Below are positions 29,091-39,517 of a stretch of 64,000 nucleotides of DNA, one piece after another. How positions within the stretch are numbered: position 1 is the stretch's first letter; the number at the start of each line of letters is the position of its first letter. Under the pieces are notes generated by a model. It did not search any database, was not told the DNA's origin, and saw only the letters and a program-made list of their open reading frames with translations. The translations under genes and the position numbers were made by a program. The stretch lies in NCBI GenBank assembly GCA_963665815.1, contig OY762463.1:1504001-1568000 (forward strand), in the 5' to 3' direction. The DNA is from Candidatus Cloacimonadales bacterium (lineage in GTDB: Bacteria; Cloacimonadota; Cloacimonadia; Cloacimonadales; JAIOQZ01).

Positions 29091-30365
29091 ATGAATATTC
29101 TTAACAATGCCAGATCCCATATAGAGTACTACTTTTTTGTATCAGCAAATATAATATATGTTCTAATCAATAAAACAGCAGTACCCAGTCCGGATACAAC
29201 CGGATATTTGTCATTTGATCCCGGAAGATCTTCAGTTTATCCGATATTCATCAATGCTGTAAAAGCTCTCAGTGGTAATTTTTTCCCTCATATTCTCCTG
29301 ATTTTACAGACAGGTTTCTATTTGTGGGCATGTGTTCTCTTTGTCAGAAAATTTTCAGCAATGTTCAAAATGCAGAGGATTTACACAATATCAATGCTTC
29401 TGTATTTCACATATATTCTATTCATCATGAATAGACCGAGAGTTATGTATACTGAATCATTAGCGTATCCACTGTTCCTTGTCCTGTTGATATCATGTTT
29501 TAAATGGATTAGTTCCTTAAAACTTAAAGACTTACTTGCTGTTTCAGGTTTACTTTTATTTTTGTTGCAACTTCGCGGTCAGTTCCTGTTTATGATTCCA
29601 TTGTTGATAGTATTCGTGATCCTCTTATACTGGAGAAAATTGAGAACTACAATATTGCTATGCTCATTGATTGTTGCCGTATTTCTAACTAACAGCCTGA
29701 TTGACAGATCATACCATGCAATTGTCCATGGGTATTTCCATCCAACTCCATTTACTGGACATACAATCTCGGCTCTTCCTCTTTATATTTCGAAAGCTGA
29801 AGACGTAGAACATATAGCGGATCCTGAGGAGAAAATCGTATTCGAGACAATTCATAGATCACTACAAGAAAAAGGGATGTTGGCAGAGTCATTCGGTGAA
29901 TTCCGAAAGTTTGAATTTTCGAAAGCTTATAATGAGATTATCTGGCATACTGTTTGTCCAGTATTCCAAGAAGAAAGTCGAGGAGATGGTGATCTCGATT
30001 TTGATGATTATAAATTCATGAACTCGACAATGATCTCAATTTCCATGCAGCTGATAAAATGTAACCCGGGTCGCTACTTCAAAGCTTTGTTACATAACTT
30101 TGCAACAGGGATAAGTAAAATAAACATTGCTCCCTTCTTTCTGACTCTATTCATATTGATTTATTTTTCAATAAAGAAGTTTTTAAAAATATACATTTTT
30201 ATACTCTTTAACTTGTTTGGAGCACTTTTAAACTATGTTTTAATAACAATATCAGTATTCAGCTATCCCAGAATTTCGTGGTATTCTTCAGTTATGATTT
30301 TTACATCAATACTAATTCTCATTTCAGAAATAACAAACAAGCAAAGTTCTACTCAAAATATGTAA
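29091..30365 (+). CDS. Polytopic membrane protein, GT-C glycosyltransferase-like
   Basis: PDTTGY after the first TM, R...YP, TESL and LRGQ motifs; many TM segments; follows GtrA and the flavoenzyme. Confidence 0.6.
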   Translation: MNILNNARSHIEYYFFVSANIIYVLINKTAVPSPDTTGYLSFDPGRSSVYPIFINAVKALSGNFFPHILLILQTGFYLWACVLFVRKFSAMFKMQRIYTISMLLYFTYILFIMNRPRVMYTESLAYPLFLVLLISCFKWISSLKLKDLLAVSGLLLFLLQLRGQFLFMIPLLIVFVILLYWRKLRTTILLCSLIVAVFLTNSLIDRSYHAIVHGYFHPTPFTGHTISALPLYISKAEDVEHIADPEEKIVFETIHRSLQEKGMLAESFGEFRKFEFSKAYNEIIWHTVCPVFQEESRGDGDLDFDDYKFMNSTMISISMQLIKCNPGRYFKALLHNFATGISKINIAPFFLTLFILIYFSIKKFLKIYIFILFNLFGALLNYVLITISVFSYPRISWYSSVMIFTSILILISEITNKQSSTQNM

Positions 30366-30436
30366 TAAAAAAGCTGTAAAGATACTCTATGTTGTCAATA
30401 ACCTTTAAAAAAAAATGAGTTTAATCCTGTAAACAA

Positions 30437-30601
30437 TCAGATAAAAACCTTTTTTATAAGATGAAGCGGTAAAAGAAGAATTGATACAAGACAACCCAAT
30501 TCTTTTCCAAAAATTGTATTATCTGTGACACTGTCACTGCGATCCATTAAATTCTTCATTCTTCTTTGTCTTCGATATTCTCTTTCCTGTGAGTCACTCA
30601 T
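30437..30601 (-). CDS. Small hypothetical protein (54 aa)
   Basis: ATG 30601 with RBS GGAAGG; charged N-terminus and hydrophobic C-terminus. Confidence 0.45.
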   Translation of the reverse strand: MSDSQEREYRRQRRMKNLMDRSDSVTDNTIFGKELGCLVSILLLPLHLIKKVFI

Positions 30602-31002
30602 AATCGTATCCTTCCGAGATAATATTATATATAATAACAGTTTTTCATGGATTAGCACAAAAAAAAATCAGGAATAATCCAGCATAATATCTTACTCACT
30701 ATATATCAGGGATTTAATCCAAAAAAAACCCATATTAAATTCCTTTAAATACTAACTGTATTTATCTGTCAATAAAAGAATTAAAAAACAATACAGATAT
30801 TATGAAAATTCATGATTTATACATCGTAGATAAAACCCCGCACATCAACCTTAGTTCTAAGGAATATCATTTGCTTTAAATCCACTTCAATACATATTCC
30901 TCCCATTTTAACTATAATTATTTCAGCTTTACAATATTTCTAATTCAAAATTTATAAGAGTTGAGTATGATTGTGTCATCAAAATAAAAGGAGTTACGTA
31001 TC

Positions 31003-32133
31003 ATGAGGATTTCGAAACAAAAGCCAACTTTATCAGGAGCAAAACAGATACAAAATTTTAACTCTGAAGTCAACTATAACAGTAAACTTGCAAAACTGAA
31101 TCGAAAAACATTATTGTCAATCCTGATTCTTTCTATGTTAATTCCTCTTATTACAAGTATAAACATAATATCCAAATTTTCCTTACTGTACAATCCATCC
31201 AACTTTGCCAGTAAATCTGCAGCATTATCATATACCCTCTTCTTGATGAGCAATGCACTAATTAGATTAGGTTTTAACATTGCAATGTTATTCATAACAC
31301 TGTTTGTTAATTTTTCAGTTAGAGACAGAGACTTCTTTTTCAGACTAATCATCAACATCATTATATTGGCCATTTTCTCTCTTTCACAATACAAGCTCTT
31401 TCTATACCAGAATATTTCTCTAGCGTCGGAGGGAATATTAATAATGTCTGTATATTCCGGTTTAGGATACCTGATTATGTCTGCAATTTCTCTGATTGTC
31501 ATCCAGAGGTACAGAAACAAGAAGAGCAATCTGAAAATTGATTTCCTGATTTCACAAAAGACAGAAATTGAACTGACACAACTGAAAGAGCAAATCAGTC
31601 CCCACTTCTTTTTTAACACACTTAGTTCATTAAGCTCAATAATCAGAAAGAATGATATTGAACAATCACTGGCACTTGTAGACAATATGACTAAAGTTTA
31701 CAGATACATTCTGGATAACAGCAAAAAAGATACCATTGAGCTTGCAGAAGAAATTATTTTTTCTCAAGCATATTCCCATATTCTTGAGAAGAGATTCGGA
31801 AGAAAGCTCAGTATAACATACAATATTGAAAATACCGACATTTTTTTTATTCCTCCACTCGCAATTCAAACCTGTTTGGAAAATGCTGTTACACATAACA
31901 TTGTGGCTGATCAGGATACTCTGAAAATAACAGTAAAGCAAGAAAGTGATTTCATTATTGTTACAAACAACAGAATATTATCAAAAAGTAACTCAGGCTT
32001 TGGAATTGGGCTAAGCAACATAAATAAACGTTACGAAATAATTGCAGATCAAACCATTGCAATAGAAGATTCCGATGAAACGTTCTCTGTTGCTCTCCCC
32101 TTGATTAATGCTAAGCAAGAAATAGGAGAATGA
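31003..32133 (+). CDS. LytS-type membrane sensor histidine kinase 1
   Basis: TM region; H-box LKEQISPHFFFNTL, N-box QTCLENAVTH, G-box GIGLSNI. Confidence 0.9.
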   Translation: MRISKQKPTLSGAKQIQNFNSEVNYNSKLAKLNRKTLLSILILSMLIPLITSINIISKFSLLYNPSNFASKSAALSYTLFLMSNALIRLGFNIAMLFITLFVNFSVRDRDFFFRLIINIIILAIFSLSQYKLFLYQNISLASEGILIMSVYSGLGYLIMSAISLIVIQRYRNKKSNLKIDFLISQKTEIELTQLKEQISPHFFFNTLSSLSSIIRKNDIEQSLALVDNMTKVYRYILDNSKKDTIELAEEIIFSQAYSHILEKRFGRKLSITYNIENTDIFFIPPLAIQTCLENAVTHNIVADQDTLKITVKQESDFIIVTNNRILSKSNSGFGIGLSNINKRYEIIADQTIAIEDSDETFSVALPLINAKQEIGE

Positions 32134-33257
32134 ACATGGATACAAATAAAAAAAATGCACTGATGAAAATCTTAACTTTGTCAATTCTAATACCAATGAT
32201 TTTCTATTTTAACAGACTAAGAGAAATTATACGCTACATGAATTATCCTTACTCCAGAACAATATATTCCAGTATTACAAATAATTGGTATTCCGTCGAC
32301 TTTATTAGTAAAATTACTATTGTCCATATTGGACTGACATTTATTATAAATTTATCTGTCCTGACAGCCCTATTTTCAATAAGAAGAAAGAAAATAATTA
32401 TGAAAGTAGGATTCCATATTCTTAGCTTGTTATCGGTTACTTTCATTACGCTTTTTTACAATTACTGGGCTTACAGAAGATCCATCTCGATAATCATTAT
32501 TGGATCAGTAGCTTACTCCATATGTTCCTACATGATGATATTGGCATCCTCAGTATTAATTGAATCTCAATATACCTATATAGAATCATTAAAACAGAAT
32601 TCATTTATTAGAAGACAAAAAACAGAAGTTGAGATTGAAGCATTGAAACAGCAGTTAAGCCCTCATTTCTTTTTCAACACTCTTAGTTCTCTTAGTGCAT
32701 TAGTAAGAACCGGAAACAAGAATATTTGTTCTTTATTCGTGAATAGAATAAAACATGTATACAAGTATATAATGGATAGTAGTAAAGAGGACTTTGTATC
32801 AGCGATAGATGAAGTAGAGTTTGCCAAATCATTCACTTACCTTCTGGAAAGAAGATTTGAAAACAAATTGAATATTAAGTTCAACTTTGAGAACAGCCTG
32901 CTCAATGAATACTTAATCCTCCCTCTATCTATTCAAACCTGCATTGAAAATGCGGCAAAACACAATGTGATTTCCGACTCCGATAACCTTGTGGTTAACT
33001 TGTATATTTTGAATGATTCGGTAGTTATTATTAACAGGAGGAAATTAAAATCACAATCAGCAGGACTTGGAATAGGTCTTTCCAACCTGAATAAAAGATA
33101 CGAACTTCTTACTGGTCGAAGCATTGAAATAGAGGACAAAAGCGATACTTTTTCTGTACATATTCCGATTGTTAAAAACGATATTCTACAGCATAATAAA
33201 TTAGCAAGTACACATACTCAGAAAAGTTTTAAGTTAAATGCGGGGAGTAAACAATGA
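32130..33257 (+). CDS. LytS-type membrane sensor histidine kinase 2
   Basis: LKQQLSPHFFFNTL, CIENAAKH, GIGLSNL. Confidence 0.9.
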   Translation: MNMDTNKKNALMKILTLSILIPMIFYFNRLREIIRYMNYPYSRTIYSSITNNWYSVDFISKITIVHIGLTFIINLSVLTALFSIRRKKIIMKVGFHILSLLSVTFITLFYNYWAYRRSISIIIIGSVAYSICSYMMILASSVLIESQYTYIESLKQNSFIRRQKTEVEIEALKQQLSPHFFFNTLSSLSALVRTGNKNICSLFVNRIKHVYKYIMDSSKEDFVSAIDEVEFAKSFTYLLERRFENKLNIKFNFENSLLNEYLILPLSIQTCIENAAKHNVISDSDNLVVNLYILNDSVVIINRRKLKSQSAGLGIGLSNLNKRYELLTGRSIEIEDKSDTFSVHIPIVKNDILQHNKLASTHTQKSFKLNAGSKQ

Positions 33258-34360
33258 TATTTTCAAAGTTTGTACATGAAGCATTCAGTAAAAAGGTAAG
33301 ATTTTCAAAGGATACACTAAATAATATTATCAATATAATAACAATATCAATACTTTGTACTTTATTTTCTCGCTTTGAAACTCTAATAAAATTATTTATA
33401 GAAAACGTGACAAAACCCAATAAATCGGATACTTTCTTGCCAACTATCAGTAAATGGGTGTTTGAGAAGAAATTATCATATGCATTAGATGAATTATGGG
33501 AAGCAATATCAGTGTTCATCATTTCTATGATAGTTCTTGGAATTAATTTCTATATAAAAGACAGAGGTAAGAAATTCAGAATACAATGCAATGTTCTATT
33601 ACTAATATTGTATTATATTGTGATCGCCCTGATCTACATATTTATTTATGATAAAGAATTCAGTTGGGTCGTAAGAGCAATCAATTTTCAAGTTATATTG
33701 GAGTATTCAATCCTGTTTATACTGTTTTCAATAATTATAGTTCAGCAAAGACAAAATAAAATATACAAAGATAATTTGGTCTTACTGGAGCAAAAGAAAA
33801 AAATAGAACTTCAATCGTTTAAGCAAAACATAAATTCTGATTTCTTCATAGATAATCTTGATTCCCTTAGTAGTCTTATAGAGGAAGGTAAAGAAGACAG
33901 AATACTGAATTACATTGAATCGATTTCCTACATATATAGATATATTCTTGAAAATGATAAAAGAGATACTATTGAACTTGCTGACGAGTTGAAATATGCG
34001 GAGCACTATTGCCAGCTGTTTGTACTAAGATACAAGCAAAATGTATCCTTTAATTTTGATTTCTCAAATACTGAGAATTACCAGATTCTTCCTCTTTCGA
34101 TACAATACTGTATTGAATGCTCTGCAATATTCCTTAAGAACGAAAATTGCAAAGTATCAAAGATTTCTGCTTTCTTGAAGAATTCATATCTACATTTCTC
34201 AATCGAAGGACAGGGTTTTAGAATGACAGAAGAAATCAGTGAAATTCTGAATAATCTTTCTGATCGCTTCAGAAGCTTGACAGAATGTGAGTTTAATGCC
34301 CTGTTTGACAGCAATCACTTATTAATAAAACTACCGGTACGTAAAAATGAGAACATATAA
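33254..34360 (+). CDS. LytS-type kinase paralog 3 with degenerate catalytic motifs (pseudokinase)
   Basis: Aligns with kinases 1 and 2 (YRYILE, DTIELADE, ILPLSIQ) but H-box is QNINSDFFIDNL, N-box is CIECSA and the GxGL box is absent. Confidence 0.75.
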   Translation: MIFSKFVHEAFSKKVRFSKDTLNNIINIITISILCTLFSRFETLIKLFIENVTKPNKSDTFLPTISKWVFEKKLSYALDELWEAISVFIISMIVLGINFYIKDRGKKFRIQCNVLLLILYYIVIALIYIFIYDKEFSWVVRAINFQVILEYSILFILFSIIIVQQRQNKIYKDNLVLLEQKKKIELQSFKQNINSDFFIDNLDSLSSLIEEGKEDRILNYIESISYIYRYILENDKRDTIELADELKYAEHYCQLFVLRYKQNVSFNFDFSNTENYQILPLSIQYCIECSAIFLKNENCKVSKISAFLKNSYLHFSIEGQGFRMTEEISEILNNLSDRFRSLTECEFNALFDSNHLLIKLPVRKNENI

Positions 34361-35132
34361 GGTAATTATTGTAGAAGATGAATCAGGGGCAGCAGATAAC
34401 CTCAAGCTGCTGCTTACTGAAATACAGCATGAGTTTGAGATTATGGCTATCCTGGACACAGTTGAAGCTACTGTTGAGTGGGTAAAATGCCATCCAAAAC
34501 CTGACTTGGCTTTCTTTGACATCCAACTGGCAGATGGTTCGTCCTTCGAGATATTTAAACAGACAAATATTGGATTTCCTGTGGTTTTCACGACTGCTTT
34601 CAGTGAGTTCGCAATAGATGCGTTCAAAGTTAATAGCATAGATTATTTACTGAAACCAATTGTTAAGAATGAACTTGAAAAAGCTATTGAGAAGTTTGAA
34701 ACATTATACATGAATAATGGAAAATTCGATCAGGAAAAAATCATTAATGTCATTCAAGCACTGAGCCATAAACAGAAATCTCAATACAGAAAGGGGTTTT
34801 TGGCTTCACAAGGTAATAAGATCATACCTCTCGATATTGATTCTATTGCGTATTTCTCTCTCGAAAATGAGTTAGTCCATGCTCATACATTCAGAAAATC
34901 AACATATTCACTTGACGAGTCTCTTAAAGACATCATTGATTCAGTAAATCAATCTGATTTTTTCAGGGCGAACAGGCAATTCATTGTTTCTCGCAAAGCT
35001 ATTATCTGTGCTGAAAAATTCTTTAAAGGGAAACTGAGATTGAAACTAAATATTGAGTCACAGGATGAAATTCTAATTAGTAAAGCAAAAACAGCAGAAT
35101 TCAAATCATGGTTAGTCGATTGTGTGTTTTAA
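34347..35132 (+). CDS. LytTR-family response regulator
   Basis: Receiver IVEDE, FFDIQL, DYLLKP; LytTR motif FFRANRQFIV. Confidence 0.95.
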   Translation: MRTYKVIIVEDESGAADNLKLLLTEIQHEFEIMAILDTVEATVEWVKCHPKPDLAFFDIQLADGSSFEIFKQTNIGFPVVFTTAFSEFAIDAFKVNSIDYLLKPIVKNELEKAIEKFETLYMNNGKFDQEKIINVIQALSHKQKSQYRKGFLASQGNKIIPLDIDSIAYFSLENELVHAHTFRKSTYSLDESLKDIIDSVNQSDFFRANRQFIVSRKAIICAEKFFKGKLRLKLNIESQDEILISKAKTAEFKSWLVDCVF

Positions 35133-36320
35133 ACATACATCTTCATGCGAGTTGCTTCAATAAGTACTTCAAGCTCGGGATTATCATTTTATTGCTTCTA
35201 CTATGCTCAGCATGCACCCAAAAGAAGAACTATTCAATTACAAATGAGAATGGTGTTAAAACAATTACTAACACCGGGTTCAACAACACTGATCTTTCTG
35301 TAAAGATCGAACCCATTATGGCGATTAAAGGATATAACGAAAACAACAGAAATACTGATTCCTTCTATGGCATAAAAGAATTTATCTTTGATTCTAAGGA
35401 TAATATTTATATTTCCTGTTCTAATAGTCTGTCTATCACCAAGTGCAACAAAGACGGGAAACGCATTAACTCATTTGTGAAGAAGGGTAATGGTCCCGGT
35501 GAATTTGATCTGTACGATCACTTCCTGATAATTAATGATACGATTATTGTGCATAATAATCAAAAGACAGCTTTTTTCAATACAAATTGTGAGCTGATCA
35601 AAGAAGAGAAAAAGACTACCAGTCTGATTACAGGACAAGGCATCAATTATAATGACAATCTTGTCTTAACTTACATCGCAGAAATGAAGAGAAGAGGTAA
35701 AGAATTTCTGAAAGACACGTTCTTTGTGCAGAAGGTTGGATTTCTTCAATCAAACCTGGAGTCAGATTCCACATACTTTGTAAGAAAGGAATCATGTGCC
35801 GGAGATTTTCTCATTGGTAATCCCGACAGTGGATTCTTTTTCAACTACCTTTATGCTGCAAATGAAAAAATCATTTATATTGCTGAACGTTTAAGGGATG
35901 TTTATCGCATAGAATGTTTTGATGAATCACAAGAGAAAGTAATGGAGATAAACAGGCAGGTCTCCCCTGTTCAATACAAGGCAGAAGAGAAGAATTTTTA
36001 TAGAAAGCAATCTTAAGGACTCATATAATCAGAGAAATTATGAGAATATTTACGATAAAAAATCACAGATAGCACACCTGCATTATGACAGACAAAACAA
36101 TTATCTCTGGGTGGAAAAAGTAATGGATATGAACAATGAAGAAATCGTTTTTGACATTTATAAAGACGGGATTCTGCAGAATGAATATCATTTTAGTATC
36201 TCGCAAGAGAATTTTGAACCGCTGAGAGATTCATCCTTTTTCAGCATTCATAATGGAAAACTATACTATTACAACAAGGAAGAAAATTCCATCGAAGTTT
36301 ATAAATTGAGCTACCTTTGA
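35108..36320 (+). pseudogene. 6-bladed beta-propeller lipoprotein, frameshifted near 35995-35999
   Basis: Lipobox CSAC and KGNGPGEF motif; the frame stops at 36016. Deleting one T from AATTTTTA joins it to the open frame IESNLKDSY...LWVEK...YKLSYL that ends at 36320. Confidence 0.7.
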
Positions 36321-36348
36321 ATCGATACTGAAATCATTTAAAACACGG

Positions 36349-36379
36349 AAGCAGATTGTTTAAACGGCAGTCTGCTTTT
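36349..36379 (+). terminator. Rho-independent terminator
   Basis: AAGCAGATTGTT-TAAAC-GGCAGTCTGCTT followed by T residues. Confidence 0.6.
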
Positions 36380-36544
36380 GTATTGATACCATATTAACTT
36401 TTTATCCGGTAAATGCATCTGCTGACATTGAGAATTGTCATTGTATTATTTTCGAATTCTTTTCTTGCCAAATCAAATCATTAATGCAATATTGATTCCA
36501 AAATAAAGACGAAAGAGTCTTTCAGACTAAGAGAGAATTTCATT

Positions 36545-37054
36545 ATGGATATAAAACTACTAATACTCGACGTTGACGGTGTCTTAAGTGACGGGAGAAT
36601 TATTTACAATAACAACTATATAGAGTCAAAATTCTTTTCTGCGAGAGACGGACTTGGTATCAGATTCGCTCAACTTGCCGGAATTGAAATAGCAATTATC
36701 ACCGGAAGAGAATCCAACTGTGTTGCACAACGAGCCCGAGACCTGAAGATAAAAGAGGTACATCAGGCAATCCACGAAAAACTGGCAGTCGCAGAAGATG
36801 TAATTAAACGACTGGGGATAACCTGGGATAATGTTGCTTACGTTGGTGATGACTGGAATGATTATCCCGTAATGCAGAAGGCTGCATTCAGTGCCTGTCC
36901 TGCAGACACAACAGAAGATTTTCAGAAGACAGCAGATTATGTGTGTAAATTGAAAGGCGGAAAAGGTGCTGTTAGAGAAGCAATTGAAATAATATTGAAA
37001 GATATGAATTTATATGAGAAAACAATACAGAATTTTATCAGCAGTATTTCTTAG
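36545..37054 (+). CDS. kdsC: KDO 8-phosphate phosphatase (HAD family)
   Basis: DVDGVLSDG, RDGLGI, GDDWND, GGKGAVRE. Confidence 0.92.
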   Translation: MDIKLLILDVDGVLSDGRIIYNNNYIESKFFSARDGLGIRFAQLAGIEIAIITGRESNCVAQRARDLKIKEVHQAIHEKLAVAEDVIKRLGITWDNVAYVGDDWNDYPVMQKAAFSACPADTTEDFQKTADYVCKLKGGKGAVREAIEIILKDMNLYEKTIQNFISSIS

Positions 37055-37571
37055 TATTACTGCTTTATTGATAATAACCGCCTGCAGTGATGATTCTGAA
37101 AATTTCCAGAATCTGAACATGAATAATGCGCCGGATGAGCAAAGTGATTCGGTTCATGTTGTAGCAATGAATGGTGACAAACTGGAGTACATTCTTGATG
37201 CGAAGCACTATAGCAGATATCATAAAAAGAAGAAAGTTCTGGCAGATACAATAAGAGTTCAGACCTTTGATGAAAACGGCGTGGAAGAATCAGTACTAAC
37301 AGCTGAGCATGCAGATGTTGATGAGAACAGAGACATTATGATAGCCCGACGCAATGTGAAAATAGTTGCTGACTCCGGTACCCTATTCTGTAATTATCTG
37401 CAATGGGACAGAAAGACAGACAGGATTTATGCCAGAGGCAAAGTAGTACTACAGAGAGGACAAAATACGATTAATGGATATGAGCTGAAGACTGACATAA
37501 ATTTATTTAAAATAGAAATGGTAAAAGTTTCAGCACAAGGGAAAGTAAATGAAGAAAATGTTGATTTTTAG
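37014..37571 (+). CDS. lptC: LPS export protein LptC (lipoprotein type)
   Basis: Lipobox ITAC; beta-jellyroll-like repeats; located between kdsC and lptA/lptB. Confidence 0.8.
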   Translation: MRKQYRILSAVFLSITALLIITACSDDSENFQNLNMNNAPDEQSDSVHVVAMNGDKLEYILDAKHYSRYHKKKKVLADTIRVQTFDENGVEESVLTAEHADVDENRDIMIARRNVKIVADSGTLFCNYLQWDRKTDRIYARGKVVLQRGQNTINGYELKTDINLFKIEMVKVSAQGKVNEENVDF

Positions 37572-38715
37572 TTTCCTCCTGCTATGCTTTCAGCTTGCGG
37601 CTGTTGATAATACAAAATACGTTGATTATCAGTTAATTAATGCTGATTCCATTGCAATTATGAAGAAAGAAATACTGTATTTATATGAGAACGTTCATTT
37701 TATCTACGATGACAATGAATTCCATGCTGATCGTGCAGTAATTCACGAAGTCCAAAAAACAGTAAAACTTTTTGGTAATGTAAAAATTGAAAACGACTCT
37801 CTTCTTATCTATTCAAATGATGCTTTTTATTCCAAAAACAACAGAGTTGTAAGATTTAACGGTGATATAAAAGCATGGTCCGATTCACTCTATTTCGAGT
37901 GTATTCATGGTGATTATAACTACAACACAGATTTCATTTCATTGAAAGATAAAGTCTACCTGAAAGAAACTCATGCTGATTCGACAATTAGAACATATAA
38001 TGCAGATTTAGTAAACTTCGACAGAAAAAACGGGAAATTATTCAGTTCCGGCAATATAAAAGCTTTTGATGAGAAAGAAAACATTTATATGTCCGGAGGA
38101 GAATTGAATTATGATCTGAATGAGAAGTATGGTTTCCTTAAGATACAACCTCATGTTTATGTTCCGGGAAAAGACTCAATGTCTATCACTGCCAGAAAAC
38201 TTGAATGTATGAATGATTTCAAGAAAATAGTAGCAACTTTTGACGTTGAAACAGCTTCTGCCGACTATTCCATAAAAAGTGATTTTCTTATATATATGAC
38301 TGATACAGAGGAAGCAGTATTCCTTGGAGATCCTCGTTTTGTATCAGATTTTGCTGATGGGAAAGCTGATGAATTCCATATTATGTTTAAAGAAAGAGAA
38401 CTACAGTCAGCCAGATTTACATCAAACTGCAAGGTGAATTTTGCAGAAAAGGAAAACAATCCGAAAGATAACTGGATAACAAGTGAAAAAATGGAATTTT
38501 TCTTCGATGAAGATAACAATATTACTAACTATATAGCAGAAAATAATGTTAAGTCATACTTCAAGCAAATGAAGACAGATGAAAAAGATTATACGGAAAA
38601 TTCTGCAACCGGGGACTACATTGAAGTTTTTCTGAATGACAATAATGAGATGGAATCTATTATTTATAAAGGCAATGTCAAAGGAACTTACAGTTTTGAA
38701 GACAAAAACAATTGA
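37549..38715 (+). CDS. lptA: Extended LptA/OstA-like periplasmic protein
   Basis: Signal peptide; repeated OstA-like strands (ADRA...LFGNV); directly upstream of lptB. Confidence 0.7.
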   Translation: MKKMLIFSFLLLCFQLAAVDNTKYVDYQLINADSIAIMKKEILYLYENVHFIYDDNEFHADRAVIHEVQKTVKLFGNVKIENDSLLIYSNDAFYSKNNRVVRFNGDIKAWSDSLYFECIHGDYNYNTDFISLKDKVYLKETHADSTIRTYNADLVNFDRKNGKLFSSGNIKAFDEKENIYMSGGELNYDLNEKYGFLKIQPHVYVPGKDSMSITARKLECMNDFKKIVATFDVETASADYSIKSDFLIYMTDTEEAVFLGDPRFVSDFADGKADEFHIMFKERELQSARFTSNCKVNFAEKENNPKDNWITSEKMEFFFDEDNNITNYIAENNVKSYFKQMKTDEKDYTENSATGDYIEVFLNDNNEMESIIYKGNVKGTYSFEDKNN

Positions 38716-38740
38716 CAATCAACAATGAAAATGGTATTTT
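38712..38740 (+). promoter_or_regulatory. Sigma70-type promoter upstream of lptB-rpoN
   Basis: TTGACA-N17-TATTTT with an extended -10 TG. Confidence 0.55.
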
Positions 38741-38774
38741 ATATATCGTATTTGAAATGTGAAAGTGGTAAAAA

Positions 38775-39509
38775 ATGAGAAATAAAGTTCGAGCCGAAAG
38801 TTTAGTAAAATATTATGGCAACAGAAAAGTCCTTAGCAATGTCTGCCTGGATATCGAACAGGGTGAAATCGTCGGAATTTTAGGTCCCAATGGTGCCGGA
38901 AAATCAACAACTTTTTATACAATCCTTGGGCTTACAAAAGCTACATCAGGAGATGTTTACTTTAATGACCAGAACATTACAAATATTCCAATGTACAAAA
39001 GAGCTCAACTTGGTATAGGATACCTTGCTCAAGCTCCGTCAATATTTCATAAACTTACAGTAGAGCAGAATATACTTGCAATTCTGGAGACAACCAGCAC
39101 TCCCAAGAAAGAGAGAAAACAAAAGCTTGAAGAATATCTTTCTGAGCTGAACCTTACAAAACTTGCTAAACAGAAAGCATACACTCTTTCCGGAGGAGAA
39201 CGACGTAAACTTGAGATAACAAGATCTCTTGTTACCTCTCCCTCATTCCTGCTGATGGATGAACCCTTTGCAGGGGTAGATCCGCTTGCTGTTGCTGATA
39301 TTCAGGATATAATTGTGAAGCTGAAAGAAAGAAATATCGGCATACTTATAACCGATCACAACGTTCTGGAAACTCTTAAGATTACAGAACGAGCATATAT
39401 AATTTTTAATGGAGAGATTCTGCTCTCCGGAACGTCGGAAGAATTAGTAAACAATGAAAAAGCCAGAGAAGTGTATCTTGGAGATCGCTTCCTGAACCAT
39501 GTTTTCTGA
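38775..39509 (+). CDS. lptB: LPS export ABC ATPase LptB
   Basis: GPNGAGKST, LSGGERR, DEPFAGVDP, ITDHNV. Confidence 0.95.
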   Translation: MRNKVRAESLVKYYGNRKVLSNVCLDIEQGEIVGILGPNGAGKSTTFYTILGLTKATSGDVYFNDQNITNIPMYKRAQLGIGYLAQAPSIFHKLTVEQNILAILETTSTPKKERKQKLEEYLSELNLTKLAKQKAYTLSGGERRKLEITRSLVTSPSFLLMDEPFAGVDPLAVADIQDIIVKLKERNIGILITDHNVLETLKITERAYIIFNGEILLSGTSEELVNNEKAREVYLGDRFLNHVF

Positions 39510-39517
39510 GAGTCAAT

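Noticed and set aside
36111-36320. Independent 69-aa gene
   Set aside because: Better explained as the C-terminus of the frameshifted lipoprotein; its frame is open well upstream of the GTG
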